Shown here: positions 63,101-64,000 of the stretch, piece by piece
Layout: each line of letters opens with the position of its first letter
How positions within the stretch are numbered: the first letter of the stretch is position 1
DNA from: Lingula anatina
Taxonomy: Eukaryota; Animalia; Brachiopoda
Length of the DNA: 64,000 nt
Assembly (NCBI GenBank): GCA_051362555.1
Contig: CM120640.1
Coordinates: forward strand, 51,500,788 to 51,564,787
Direction: 5' to 3'
Notes under the pieces: model-generated
Database searches by the model: none
What the model saw: the letters and a program-made list of their open reading frames with translations, nothing else
What the model was told of the DNA's origin: nothing
Position numbers and translations under genes: made by a program

Positions 63101-64000
63101 TTTAAATTCTAAAACGAAATCATGCAGACAGGTGGAAAATAATGAGTGGCGCGCCGGTTCAGGTATGATGGAATGTATGTTAATAATTATCTGCGTGTTT
63201 AGATTTCCGACTGTCATTTCTGATATCCGTATACCCACAATATGATGGCTAATTAAGCTACATGTCTTGACCCGTTTCGTGTAAGACCATGTGGCACGTC
63301 ACGAAATCTCAGTTATCCCAGATGTCAGCTTAGATCTACTATATACCTGCTTCGCTTGGAAAGTGAACATTACCGTGGCAGGCCTGTTTTTAAGCGCTTT
63401 GACTGGATTGTTATCTCCGAAACGATGTCAGCATTTCGTAGTTACATGAGGGCTCAGGAAATGTATAACAATGGGAGGCACAAATGAATTGCCAATACAC
63501 CCACTCACACGTGTATTCACAAGGCAATCTTCATCCAGCTTTTACGTCGTAGGCAGCAAATACATGTACATTGCAGTGCGAAATACCTTAAAACGCACTT
63601 GTTTGGGATACTGTATGTGTCCTTTGTTATTAATATTGTTATTGATGTTGTTCGGTAATGTTAGGCAGTAAATGTGATGGAGTAAATGTCGGGAAAACTA
63701 TATTTGAATATTTTAGCATACATATTCTCTTTGAAAGAAGTTTAATCATAAACTGATCATGGTATAAGATACATTCTAACTTTACAAAGATTTGACCATA
63801 AAATTGGTATATGCTTATTTCATTTCCAATATGCCTTTTTTCTTCATGCCCCAGCCATGGATTCGATTCCCTTTGTTTTTCGATACAGCACTATACTGTA
63901 TATTTTTAATCTTGTAAACTGAAGCTTTGACTTTTCAAAAATTTAATTCAAATGACAATTTATAAGAAAAAACACGGTTCTGACGCCGAATTTGCTCATT

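Overview
AT-rich, intron-containing animal DNA. The gene content suggests a lophotrochozoan such as a mollusc, but the species cannot be determined from the sequence. I reconstructed four spliced genes by hand using GT-AG sites and phase consistency. Two are tandem paralogues encoding secreted proteins with a chitin-binding type-2 domain and a laminin-G/ConA-like domain (Pif/BMSP/LamG3-like; 920-4647 and 14218-16986, +). The third is WDR54 (23293-43505, -, 9 coding exons). The fourth is a Cys-loop nicotinic acetylcholine receptor subunit lacking the loop-C vicinal cysteines (45284-54905, +), head-to-head with WDR54. About three quarters of the WDR54 span is transposon DNA: a Helentron/HINE-like element with a ~144-bp satellite, a TTAA-flanked TIR element nested in a TAA-flanked MITE, and a young 10-kb Gypsy-type LTR retrotransposon. 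The retrotransposon is the most interesting object. It has ~3.4-kb LTRs built from three tandem arrays, one with about 70 GATAA motifs, plus an intact gag, a G-GGA-AAC -1 frameshift and a broken, deleted pol. It also has an intact, apparently spliced extra ORF encoding two C2H2 zinc fingers followed by histone-H3-tail-like and WDR5-binding-like motifs. My hypothesis, not yet tested, is a transposon-encoded, sequence-targeted chromatin or anti-silencing system.
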